Source: Penicillus capitatus
Lineage: Eukaryota > Plantae > Chlorophyta
Assembly: GCA_965649825.1 (NCBI GenBank)
Contig: OZ287700.1
Location: 186,001-250,000, forward strand
Length of the DNA: 64,000 nt
Direction of reading: 5' to 3'
Under the pieces are notes generated by a model, which did not search any database, had not been told where the DNA came from, and was given only the letters and a program-made list of their open reading frames with translations. Below are positions 24,887 through 36,400 of the stretch, piece by piece (within the stretch, counting starts at the first letter, position 1; every line of letters begins with the position of its first letter). The position numbers and the translations under genes are program-made.

Positions 24887-25706
24887 ATGGAAACGGCGAT
24901 GCTGTACCGGTAGAGACTGACCCATGTCTGTCCTCTGTACAGCACAGCGTCATGTCTTGTCAGTTATGGAGACAAGCATCTGTCCTTTAAACTACGGGAG
25001 AAGCTCGCGTCCTCGCACATGGATGTGAAGTTTCACGGCGAGCTGAACACCACGACGGGAGGCTGGAAACATGATGTGCAGATTCTGAGTGCCCTGCTGC
25101 CCGTCAACGGATTCAGATCGAGACGAGACCGAAAACGGGCACGCGATCCATATCTTGGTATCTGTGGAATCGGCGGCCGCATACATTACAGCACCGATAC
25201 CGAATCAACGCGCTATAAGTTTGGCTTCTGGGCCAAAAGTGTGACCTCTCTGGAGCCATGGACATACGTGTGAGATCGATCGACTGTCTAGATGAAATCC
25301 GCTTCGATTCGCCGAGCGACTGCTGGGCGCGTATCGATCTCGAATCGATGTACAATCCACATTGCTACCAAGTGTGACGCACCCTCTACTCACATCGAAA
25401 CCGTTCAACGTCCCCAGTGCAGTCTTGTACATCTTGCTGTGCTGTGTTAGTTTGAGCACGTGCTGCACGCACGGGTGAATAAGATCTTTATGAGCTTGAC
25501 GTCCAGACAGGATCTAAAGTGCACGATTGGATGGCAAGGCGTCGCTTTTAACAACCAGACGCGAATCTCTGGAGTAAGTCGCTGTCCCTTTGCCACCTTG
25601 GCGTGCGCCGTGCTGTGTGTAGAAGTCGTATGTGGAAGTGCAAGAGAACAATTGGTCGGCTCAGATTGACTCAGACAAGAGGATCAGTCTCATGTATCAT
25701 CTATGA
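24887..25706 (+). CDS. OEP21: Chloroplast outer envelope pore protein OEP21-like beta-barrel, multi-exon
   Basis: Splicing 24910-24963 gives [21 protein letters not shown]...[11 protein letters not shown]; C-terminus [26 protein letters not shown]. Both ends match recalled plant OEP21 (METSLRYGG..KEK..VHGELDT; QIRENNW...). Confidence 0.75.
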
Positions 25707-26046
25707 GAGGGCGAGGGCGAGGAGAGTACACAACCATAGTTGTGCCATTTTCCCTCAAGCACAGCAGTACCGTGGAATGCATGCAGTTGTGGTGATGCGG
25801 TCGGAGGATGTCTGCCGTTTCTGTCAAGCACATCCGATCATCGGTGGCATCTGTAGATAAGATCAAGTGACCCTGTTTCAAGCGGAGCATCGATGCTCTC
25901 TCGATATTTATCAAATAAAAAGACAAGCATGGCCTGAGTCCATCATTAACTGTAAATCCAACAAGTGTTGCTATCATGAAACGACTCCTCACGCTCTGGA
26001 CGATACGAGGGTTGGTGAACAGGTCATCCCTCCGCGCGTCGTCACT

Positions 26047-27234
26047 TCAGTAGTACTCATCGTCATCCATGTCATACTCCTCGTCGTCATCTTCATCTGC
26101 CTCTTCGTCCGAGATCGGGAAAACGGCGCCCGCTTCCACGCCTCGCCTTACGGATAAGAAATGCCCAACTTTGAGCACGTTCAGATTTTCGAACATCACG
26201 TCGAGGGCGACCATTCCTTTCGAGCTGCCCAATTCGATGTCCCATTCCGCTAGCAAGGCGTTTTCGAGATCGGCCACGGCGACGACCTCTTTGACACTGT
26301 ATTCGCTCTCTCCGTGAATGTATGTCCTGTAGAGATCGGATCCCTCTGCCAGATCGACGCTTCGATGCTGCAAAGCGCGATCGAGTTTCTCTTTGCGTTT
26401 GGTTCTGTCCTTCCAGAATTTTCGTAGATGATGCGCGACGCGATCCTCTGAGCCCGTTGCCCACGGACGCGATCTCCATAGCGATTCCTTCATGATCCCA
26501 TCGACAGTGTCTTTGCAGAACCACTGCCCTAGATATCCACGCAGAATACCGTCGGAGTTTCGCTCTTCGAAAGCGGCATAGACATCTGACAGCGACGTGT
26601 CTCTTAACTTCTGCCGATCTGCGCTGGGAATACAGTGCATAATCCTCTCGCCCTCGATCTCGAACACAGCCCTCATATTCCGTTTCATACGTTCAAACTC
26701 GCTGGGCTCAGCCGACGGCGATTCTAAGAAAAAGGAAAAAACGGTTTCGGGGTGTTCCCAGGGACACCGCCGAAGTGTTTCTTGAACACGATCGACGACA
26801 CGGCACCGTGCTGTCACGCCTTCAAACGACATCGTCGCGTGTGAGATGGCCGATAAGTAATCGCCCAGCAGTACATTGCGTAATCTCTTGTCGAGCGCCG
26901 CCAAATCGACATCCACTTCCTTCTCCAGTCTCTCTTTCCTTCGGAGATTTCGCAGGTAACGAATCTCGCCTCTCAGGTAATAGTGCGCGGATTTTGTTGC
27001 GCTATGGTCTGGGCTCTCGACCACGACCAAGTATCTCAAAAGATTGAGGTCAGCCATTTCGACTTCGCATTCCTCATGGATGCATTGCTCGGAGATGATG
27101 TAGAGGCATCCGTGACAGGCTGTGGCGTTTTGGTTGCCTCTCATACAGCATTGGATGCAGAGAAGGGTGGCATCAATGTAATCGAGTGTGCCTTCGATGA
27201 CACATCCGCATCGGCGGCAAGCTTCTGACGTCAT
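26047..27234 (-). CDS. XPA-like Zn-finger protein, paralog A (intronless), acidic C-terminal tail
   Basis: CRRC...CIQC Zn finger, XPA_C-like segment ending AHYYLRGEI, later KLDRALQHRSVDLAEGSDLYRTYIHG; clear gapless similarity to the neighbouring gene. Confidence 0.6.
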   Translation of the reverse strand: MTSEACRRCGCVIEGTLDYIDATLLCIQCCMRGNQNATACHGCLYIISEQCIHEECEVEMADLNLLRYLVVVESPDHSATKSAHYYLRGEIRYLRNLRRKERLEKEVDVDLAALDKRLRNVLLGDYLSAISHATMSFEGVTARCRVVDRVQETLRRCPWEHPETVFSFFLESPSAEPSEFERMKRNMRAVFEIEGERIMHCIPSADRQKLRDTSLSDVYAAFEERNSDGILRGYLGQWFCKDTVDGIMKESLWRSRPWATGSEDRVAHHLRKFWKDRTKRKEKLDRALQHRSVDLAEGSDLYRTYIHGESEYSVKEVVAVADLENALLAEWDIELGSSKGMVALDVMFENLNVLKVGHFLSVRRGVEAGAVFPISDEEADEDDDEEYDMDDDEYY

Positions 27235-27714
27235 TGTCGTCGTTGGCGGCGAGGTGACCGCGAGGAAAAGTTCAAAGTGAGGGGGACGAACGGTTTGAAG
27301 AACGTCATAGATGTGCCGACGGGACTGTTCAGCGAACTTTAATGCCTGCACAAAACGACGTCGCTTCTCGCTGGCTTCCTTCCGACTCTATGCCGAATGA
27401 AAAGCTAAGTCAACGATGTGACGTGGCAAGGATGAGCGAGACGCGCTGTCTTTTGTCAGTCTGCAATAGGACCGTTCAGACATGTCAGATGAACCACCAA
27501 CGGTATCATCTGCCCAAAAACGGCATGTCAGGGATAGACCTTATGATATACATCCCTCTTTCCTTTCTTACATGAGGGTCCTTTCGCTTCATCGCCATCA
27601 GCACAAACATACCTCTGTCTGGCGCGATTATGCAAGCATCGATGCCGTTTTAAGAGAACGGGAGATCATTGAAGGGTGGAGAGGGCGATGTTTGTTTGTG
27701 AGTGTATGGGGGTA

Positions 27715-28499
27715 TCACTGGTCCGTTGCGCCGCATCTTTTGTGACTCTCAAATGCGAAGGCGACATCTTCCAATGGCGTCTTCTTCAGGCGCAGACGGT
27801 CTTGGCGAGAGAGGACCCGCATGATTCGATCGCCCACAAGTCGAAACGCCGTTTTGCACTTCTCTTTGGCCATGCCGAATTCAGCAGGTCCCCCATCGGG
27901 ATACGACATACAGAAATCAAACGCCGCTCCTAACAGACCACACCTGACGCCAACAGCAAAGCTCACGTATCCGCACCTGGATCCGCATACGAACACGAGC
28001 ACAGAATCTCGATCACACGAGGCATGACGGCATATCTCTCCAGCACTTTATCGAGCGTCATCTGACGGGGACTCCTAGACTGAAGGTAGTCTTCGAGCAG
28101 ATAGATCCGCAGCAAAGGATCGAGGTCATTCAGAGAGATGTCGAGCAATACTTCGAGCCTCTTCTTGCGCTGGGCGGTGCGCTGTTGACCCAGGACGTGC
28201 ACTTCGAAACCCAAATAGAGTTTCACGGCTCCGTGGCCTGTCGACTGTCGTTCGATGGCGAAGTTCAGTCGACGCAGGTCTTCCCATATGCAGCCGTGCA
28301 ATTTCATTGCCTGCGTCTTGGACACGAGGAAGCGGTTGTGTGTCGTCTCGTCGAAGCGGCCGAAGAATTCTCGGCAACAGTAAGCGCAGAAAAACGTTGG
28401 CGGCGGGCCTCCCAAGATACCCCACGTCTCCAATTCATCCCCGCAACGAAGACACGACGCACGAGTGCCCTCGTCGGCAGAATCTTCCAGACACTGCAT
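27715..28499 (-). CDS. XPA-like Zn-finger protein, paralog B (one intron, 27930-27976)
   Basis: CLRC-x18-CAYC then LVSKTQAMKLHGCIWEDLRRLNF...GAVKLYLGFEV, resembling the XPA C-terminal DNA-binding fold. The 47-nt GT-AG intron restores gapless alignment with paralog A. Confidence 0.65.
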
Positions 28500-28735
28500 A
28501 GAGGTCGGTGAGTGACGGTACACAGAAGGCAGACGATATGGCCAACAGCAGAGGTCGACCGTTGAGAAGCGTTTGGAAGGTACCGAAGAGTGCTGCTGCT
28601 CAGGAATATGTTTCGAGCCCCATTGTCGAGCTCTTTTCTCCGCAACTTCGCGACACGAGCAAACGTCACATCACCGCGCTGAAGGGAGAGTGAGGCAGAC
28701 GGCGATTGAGGGAAAAATAAATGTGAGGTGTGGGG

Positions 28736-30406
28736 TCAGAGTCCCGGCATAGGATAGGAGGAAGCAAAAGCGATCACATCCGTTCTGAGCTGTTGAATGC
28801 CTTCGTGGCTCTCCGCCACTTCCGACGCGTGCTTCACGAAATCGGCCACTTTCCCAGCGCCAGGAGTGGTCTTCTTCAGCTCGATGGTGATCTCCACGGC
28901 ACGATGTATAAAATCGGCGATTTTCTCGAAGGCCTCGACATCGCAGCCACGCGTTGTCATGGCCGGTGTCCCGATGCGCACACCGCCTGGATTCATGGCA
29001 CTCTTGTCACCAGGGACAGAATTCTTGTTGAGCGTAATCTTCACCAAATCCAGAGTGTGCTGCACACGCGAACCGTCGATGCCTTTCGCTTTCAGATCGA
29101 CCAGAATCAAGTGATTGTCTGTTCCCCCCGAAATAATATCATATCCATACGACTTCAATTTTTCTGCCATTGCTTGGCAGTTGGAGACGACCTGAGTGGA
29201 GTACGCCTTGAACTCCGGTGCACTGGCCGTCTTCAATGCCACGGCAATGCCAGCAATGGTGTGATTATGGGGTCCCCCTTGGAGTCCCGGAAACACCGCC
29301 TGATCAATCTGCTGCTTGTAAGGGAGTCGATAGAAGACCATACTGCCACGGGGACCTCTGAGAGACTTGTGTGTGGTGGTCGTGACCACATCGGCGTAAG
29401 GAAACGGACTGGCGAGCAACTCCGAAGCGATCAGTCCCGATACGTGTGCCATATCGACCATCAGGTATGCCTCGACGGAATCGCAGATCTTACGGAATCT
29501 GGCATAGTCGAAGTCGCGTGAGTAGGCAGAGGCGCCGGCGATGATGATCTTTGGACGAAAGAGCTTTGCGTTCTTCTCCAGTGTATCGTAATCGATCAGT
29601 CCCGTCGATTCATCCAGTCGATAAGGCATGCTGGCGAAGTAGACAGACGTTGCCGACACACGTCGCTTGGCCGTCATGAATCCATGCGTCAGATGACCAC
29701 CTATTCGCGAAATGACGATGGAGTGAGATGTCACACTTTTGGATCGCGTACCGTGTGGAAGATCAAGACCCATGATTCGGTCGTAAGGTTGCAGGAGACC
29801 CGTATAGACGGCGAAGTTGGCGGGCGAGCCTGATAAGGTTTGAACGTTGACACCCCATTCGTTTGGATCAAGCTGATAGAGCTCTAGCGCCCTTTTCTCG
29901 CACAGAAGCTCGCATTGATCGATATGCTCATTTCCACCATAGTATCGTGCACCGGGACGTCCCTCCGAGTACTTATTCGTCATGCACGAACCCACAGCCG
30001 TCATGACCTACACGCCTCTTCTCAGATAGGCATCCTGGGAACTAAGGGACCCAGCGCCTTACCGCCTTGGACGTGAAATTCTCCGACGCAATGAGCTCGA
30101 TCCCAGTTGTCTGAGGTGAGAGAAGTGACCGAGCGTGTTAGTGTGAGTTGTATGTCACACTTGGCGTTTCTTTTCGTTTTGGATGATTTCAGAGATTTCG
30201 GGATCGATGTCGACGAGAGGCCCGTCCTCTTGAAACATTTTCACTGAGGTGCCGTTCATGGCGAGGCGATCTGTTTTGGCTGCGTGAACGCGAAGGCGAC
30301 GTCGAAGAGCGATTCGAGCGACGTGGAGTCGCCGTAATGGCCGTCGCTTTGCAGTTGCGGCTGGAACGACGGCGGCACGTTGAAAGGGATACCTAGACGT
30401 GAGCAT
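28736..30406 (-). CDS. SHMT: Serine hydroxymethyltransferase with organellar (probably plastid) transit peptide, 4 exons
   Basis: [46 protein letters not shown] (PLP lysine), [12 protein letters not shown]. Confidence 0.97.
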
Positions 30407-30455
30407 TATACACAAATGAGTCACAGCTGACGTCGATCGATGCAACGCCTCGTTC

Positions 30456-32125
30456 ATGGACGCCACAGCACATCGGTCCGAACGCGATGCCGAGTTAATG
30501 GGAGCTTTGCTAGAATGGCGGCGGCAAACGGCGTCGAAGTTTCAAGTCCCCGTCTTCTACATTCTGCAAGAGAAGACCCTGCGGCATATCGTGGACGTAG
30601 GACCAGCGCCTTGACCACGTTGCAGTGTGAAGGTCACTCTTTCCTGTAGAGGAAACCCATCACACTTGAGGGACTGCTGCACATTGATGGCATTGCAGAA
30701 GTGAAGCTCTCGTATTTTGGCTCCGAACTGCTAGAGATACTGGAACGATATCTCTTTCCTGGGGAGCGTGCTCTGAAGGCCTATGCAAGTGCTGTTCCCG
30801 TCAAGGTGAAGGGTGTGAGCAAAAGTGTGAGACTCAGTGTGCAGTCGTGTGCAGAGCTGCTGTCATTTGTGTAACTTGTGTGACTCCGTTGCCTGTCCTG
30901 GATGTGGAGTGGTCCACAGTAATCCACATAATAACTGGAGCACGACGAACTCGTTGCTCTATCAGATGAAACCGGGACAGAAGATAGAGAATGCGTTTGC
31001 AACGGTGGATGCCTTAAAGAGGAGGAAGACCGATGCGGCCGGTGATTTCGTGATGAAGACCATGAGCGAACTGCATTGTCCCCTGAATAACGTCAAGAGG
31101 CCAGAGTCTGTAGCGCCAGTCAAGAAGAATAAAGGACGCGTGGATGAGAAGAGCGTGCAGATTCAGAACGCCTTTCTGCGTAGGATGGCGCAGCAAGAGA
31201 TGGCAAAAGAGATGCAGACATCGTGGTCAGAAGCGAGGCCAATCGAAGGAGATGTCGCTTCAGAGAGAGAAAAAAAGAGTGAGGATGCTCTGTCAGATGC
31301 CGAGAGATGCGACAGAGAGGCAACTGAAAAGAGTGAGATAGAGGATAAGGGAGCCGTGAAAGATGCAGCTCCTGCGGAAAAGGAAGAGTCGCCGAAGAAG
31401 AGGAGAAAAAGGAAAAGAGCCAAAAAGAAAAGGGCGGCGGCTTCATCGTCCAGTCATTCTTCTGTCCTTTTGGACAAGAGCTTCTGGGATATGGCTTCCG
31501 AGGCATCACACTTTTACGAGTGAGAGAAGCGACAGTGGTGTGCTGTCTACATAGGTGAAGAAACGCACGAAGGAGGCGCTGAAGAAGAAGAAGCCGGCAG
31601 TAAAGAAGCCAAAAGCGACAAAGGGATCCATTCCTGCATGGATTGGCCGCCAAGACAACACATCCACATCGGCCAGACAATCACATACAGACTTCCCGCC
31701 GTTCTTTGAAGAGCCTCCCGATCTGGATACCTGTCCCATCCCTGTGCTCAAGAGTTTTCTGAACCAGGTGACGATACCAGCGCAGCATTGCGTTGTGTGC
31801 GATGCGATGATGTCACGCTCTTGTGTCCGTGTAGAATGGTTTCACCTGTCCTTTCGAGATCAACGATGCCTCGGAGCTGCGTGTCCTCGCCAAGAATTGC
31901 CTGTCCTCTTGGGAAGTCCATCGCGTCCTGAACTGTGAGAGATTGCCGTTACCTGGACGACATCGTGCTATTCTGCGGCTCAAGTCCAGCGATGACGGCG
32001 CCAGAATGCGGAGCAATTTTCGTAAACTGAGTCTCATTGTGCATCCCGATAAAAACTGTCTGCCAGAAGCGAGCCATGCTTTCTACCTCCTGCAATCCGC
32101 TGTACAATACCTGTCTGCCCCATGA
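30456..32125 (+). CDS. HRDC-domain + Cys-rich segment + C-terminal J-domain (DnaJ type C) protein, 5 exons
   Basis: Spliced N-terminus DAELMGALLEWRRQTASKFQVPVFYILQEKTLRHIVD/RKPITLEGLLHIDGIAEVKLSYFGSELLEILERY is an HRDC pattern; then CCHLCNLCDSVACPGCGVVH, a Lys-rich region, and FRKLSLIVHPDKNCLPEASHAF (HPD intact). Confidence 0.8.
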
Positions 32126-32345
32126 GGACCTCACGCACCTACCTCCATCTGAACAGATCTCTGAGATGTCTCATTCCAAACGACAAGACGTCGTCGTCAT
32201 GCTGACGCGAGAGATATTCGCGTCGTTTTCGCAACGCTCGCCGTCATACACCCCGTTCCGTGGTTTACGTCTTCCGTCGACACGCCGTTTCGCATTTCCA
32301 TTCTGTCGATCTTCTGTTCGTTCGTTCGTGCATTCGTTTGACGAG

Positions 32346-32990
32346 ATGAAGTGCCGAGTTCTGAATCTTCGCTCGCGCGTTGCCCTTCGTCGTTGGCGTT
32401 GCGTCCATCCGCGTCGTATTCCTCGCCCCGTGCGTTGCGAAATCGACACGGCTGTCGCGACGCCTCTCGTCAAAGTCACCTTTACGATTCCACACCATGT
32501 CGAGTTCGGTCAGTCCGTATGCGTTCTCGGGTCGTCTGAGGCATTGGGCGATTGGCAAGTCGAGAAATCGGCATGTCTGAGTTGGAATGAAGGCGATGTC
32601 TGGAGTGGTATCGTCGAAATGCCAGCCGCCCCTGTCGAGTATAAATACTTCACCAAGAACGCAGACGGGACGGCGGCGGAATGGCAGCCGTCTCCGAACC
32701 TGACGGTCGACGTGGAGGGAGAAGACATGGAAGTGCATGACGAATGGAATGGCATGCTTCAGGCGATGACAACAGAACAAGAGATGATGCCATTGGTCGG
32801 GGAAGCGCCTGAAGAGCCAAAGCCGATCGAAGCTGAGGCGGCGACTGTGAGTGCCTTTGTGCATGGACCCATTCCCGAAACGATTCAAAATTTGGCAGAG
32901 GAGGTAGTAAAGGATGCACCTCCAGCAAAAGAGAAAGTCATTGCCCATAACGCATCGGGCGTTGAAAAGGAAGAAACGCTCTCCGCTTGA
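32346..32990 (+). CDS. CBM20 starch-binding domain protein with transit peptide, intronless
   Basis: VTFTIPHHVEFGQSVCVLGSSEALGDWQ...LSWNEGDVWSG...VEYKY matches CBM20; Arg-rich N-terminus. Confidence 0.9.
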   Translation: MKCRVLNLRSRVALRRWRCVHPRRIPRPVRCEIDTAVATPLVKVTFTIPHHVEFGQSVCVLGSSEALGDWQVEKSACLSWNEGDVWSGIVEMPAAPVEYKYFTKNADGTAAEWQPSPNLTVDVEGEDMEVHDEWNGMLQAMTTEQEMMPLVGEAPEEPKPIEAEAATVSAFVHGPIPETIQNLAEEVVKDAPPAKEKVIAHNASGVEKEETLSA

Positions 32991-33448
32991 GAAACGGCTG
33001 GAATGTATAGCGTGTGAGATGACTCTGTACATATAAGAAACGATGGGTGGTCCGCGGGGTGGTTTTTTTTTCTGTTTGCATTTGTATTTATGACGGACGA
33101 GATGGAGACCATGTCTCATCGGTTTCTGTCTTTCATGTTCAGCTTTTAGCATGACTTTCCGAGACGATTTGATCGAGCATCCTCAGTTGTGCCCAAAACA
33201 GATGTTTGTTCGCTGAAGGAATCGAACATTGGATTTGTATGTGCTTGTCGCGACGGTTGAGCTTCTCACGACTTGAATCTCAATTCTCCATGGGAATGAT
33301 GGAAGTACTCCTGTGAAAAGACTCTTTGCTACTAAGCGTGACAGAGCGCGTGCGTGCGTGTGTTGAAAGGTGACGTCTCGTGATTGGATACATTGACGTT
33401 TTCTTTGGCAACTTGACTTACGGCCTTCGCAATCTCTGGTGCCTTAAG

Positions 33449-36400
33449 ATGTCGCAGCGTCAGCGTGTGAGCGTGCGGGAAACGCTTGAGAAGATGGCCG
33501 CCGCTCGCGAAGGAGCTATGACGCGTTTGGAGCAGCTCGATCTCGAGACGGCCGTCGACGTCGTGGACTACGACTCCATGTGCGAGGAAGAGTACGAAAA
33601 GCACATCCGACAAGTCAAACGCGAAGCACGTAATCTTCGTTCGCCTCTCCCCGTTGCCGTCTACTGACGGCAGTGCCACTGACGCGACTCCAGAGGAGTT
33701 CGTGGTGGATGACGAAGGGATCGGCTACGCTGAGGGCGATCAGGAAGACGTGTGCTTTCGATCGCGGCCATCGAAGCCTCGCACGAAGAAGAGGTCGTCG
33801 GAGGATGAGAAAAGTGAGAGAATCAGACGATGTGTGATCGAGGGGAAACGACGAGAGTGATGTTGGGCAGTGGCACCGAAGAAGAAGAGAACCGCGACGG
33901 AGAAGACAAGAGAGAAGAACCAGAAACCACTCGTGCTGCAAGATGTGGTGCGTGGATCCGCGACGCCATCGTCTCGAGGAATCGCTCACGATCCGGCGTC
34001 CCTCAACGCGCAGCTGCACAAGATGGAACTGCAAGGAAGGAGCAGCGAACCTCGTTTGAGCGAGAACGACGCATCTCAACATGAGGCTTCGGAGGATCAC
34101 TCTGTCGTTGCACCCAAAGCCGAGCCGAATCAGGACGGATCTGTGGATGTCCTGCCCTCTCTGTCTTCGGCAAAAGAGAATCCGTCACGTCATCCAGCCG
34201 TCTCGGCACGACGCCGTCCGTCGGAGCCGCTCGCAGGCGAACACTTGCCGTTCTTCTTCCTGGATGCCGATGACGTTCACGAGACCCACGGTACTCCACG
34301 TGCGCCGAGTGTCTCTGCGTGAACGGCATGGGTTGTGACCCAGGCACCGTGTATCTGTTTGGAAAGGTGGCGAAGGAAGGGAGCGATGGACACGCGTCGT
34401 GCTGCGTGCGCATTCCGTCCGTCGAGCGGACGTTGTACTTTGTTCCCAAGGAAGGACTGTTCGATCCAAAAGACTATCGGCTGCACTATCTCGAAACCAA
34501 GGCCAAGGAAGATCCTCAGCAGAGGGATGCGCTGGTCGCTTACCTAGATCAAGTGGCGGATCCACTCAAGAACGAGGCCCAGTCCGTTCTTAAGGCCAAG
34601 CACGTCCAGGGACCGTTCAAGATGAAGATTGTTCGACGCAACTACGCATTCGACACGCCCTCTGTCTCCCACGGACTCCAGTACGTGTTGAAGGTGAGAT
34701 GCATCGGCGCAGGAATGGCAGGCGGTTTGATCGGACGCATAGGTCTCTTGTCCGGGGAAGGGCAGCAGTCTGCCGTCCGTGCTGCAGGGACAGACGTTTC
34801 AGGCGGTGATGGGGACGAGGCAAAGCCTGCTCGAGTCCGTGCTGCTCAGGAGAAGAGTGATGGGGCCGTCGTGGCTGGCACTCACCAATCCAGCCTACCT
34901 GCCGCAGGATCAACACGTTAGGACCTGCGCACGTCGGCGCGAGGTGTCGGAAAAGGTGTGACTGTTAGAGGAGTTGGTGCGAAGTGGAGGTGGAGATCCG
35001 TTCTCACAAATGCCTCGTGGCCTGTCACAAGGATCTGCGCAACCGTCCACCACCTCCGCTCGATGTCGCCGCCCTGCAGCTCAAGACACTGCTCGATCCA
35101 CAGTCCAACACGCACCAGATCCAGATCGCCACTCTGGCTCTTCTGAAGGACGTTCCGTGCGACCACCCGATGCACGAAAAGGAATGGAACACGCCTCGCC
35201 GTCTTCGATGCTTCCACGCCGTTGCATCCTTAAGAGAACAGGCCTGGCCGCCCGGTACCCGCTGTGGAACGCTTGCAGCATAGATCTTCACGACGCTTCG
35301 TAGGCGTGGAGGAGGGGAGCACGAAGGGACTCACGCTGCACAGCAGGTATTCCGTCACGATTGCGACTCTGTGGGAGACCGATGTCGTCGTTCAGTGAGC
35401 AGTCTCTGCTGAAGGCGCTGCTGGAGTGGATGCAGGTGACGGATCCGGATGTCTTGGTCGGCCACGACGTCACCAACGTCGATCTGAGCCTCCTTCTCCA
35501 CAGAATGCAGCATCAGAAGGTGCTCTCCTCCGAAGAAAGCTCCTTCATATCAACAGCGAAAACACGATTGCTGTCAGGTCGAGGCGTGGAGCAGCCTGGG
35601 CAGACTGAAGCGAACGCGGTTTCCATCTCTTGCCGGCAAAACGGGTCCCCTCTCCGTCGTCACCGGCCGCTTGCTCTGTGACACCTTCATTTCAGGCACG
35701 TCCTGTCACTGATCAATGCTGCCGTTGTGTGATATCCGTTGTTGACTGTGTAGCCCACGAGCATCTAAAGGAGACAGAGTTCTCGTTGACGACGCTGGCC
35801 AGGTCTCAGCTGGGCGAAGTCCGCAAAGACGTGAACAGCCGGGAGTTGGAGGAGAGCTACAGCAGCGCAAGGGGACTCCACGCATGTCTGGAGACGTCGA
35901 CGGCCGACGCCCTGCTCACGCTGAAGCTCATGTTTCACTTATCAGGTTGGTCCGTGCAAGTGCTCTCGTTCTGTTAATGATCGATCGTTGCTGGTGCAGT
36001 GATTCCGCTTACCAAGCAGCTGACGAACCTGAGCGGGAGCCTGTGGAACAAGACCCTTCAGGGACAGAAGGCTCAGCGCACCGACATGCTGCTGCTTCAT
36101 GAGTTCCATAACAGAAAGTTCCTGCTGCCCGAGAAGAAGCCGCACGGTAGGGAGCGCGATTGGGATGGGCACGAAGGCAAGAGGGCAGGCGGACCGCAGT
36201 ACGCAGGAGGATTGGTTCTGGAGCCAAAGAAGGGTCTCTACGACAACATGGTCCTGCTTCTGGACTTCAACAGCCTCTATCCTTCCATCATTCAGGAATT
36301 CAGGCTCTGTTTCACGACGGTCGACCGCAGCGGAGGGGTGCCGGTCCTGCCGGGACCATCGGCGCCGGCGGACGCTCCGCTGCCGACCGTCATCAAAGGA

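Noticed and set aside
28730-29521. Long antisense or alternate-frame ORFs over SHMT, POLA1, PFAS, PNPase and others
   Set aside because: Shadow ORFs of moderately GC-rich coding DNA with no recognisable motifs.
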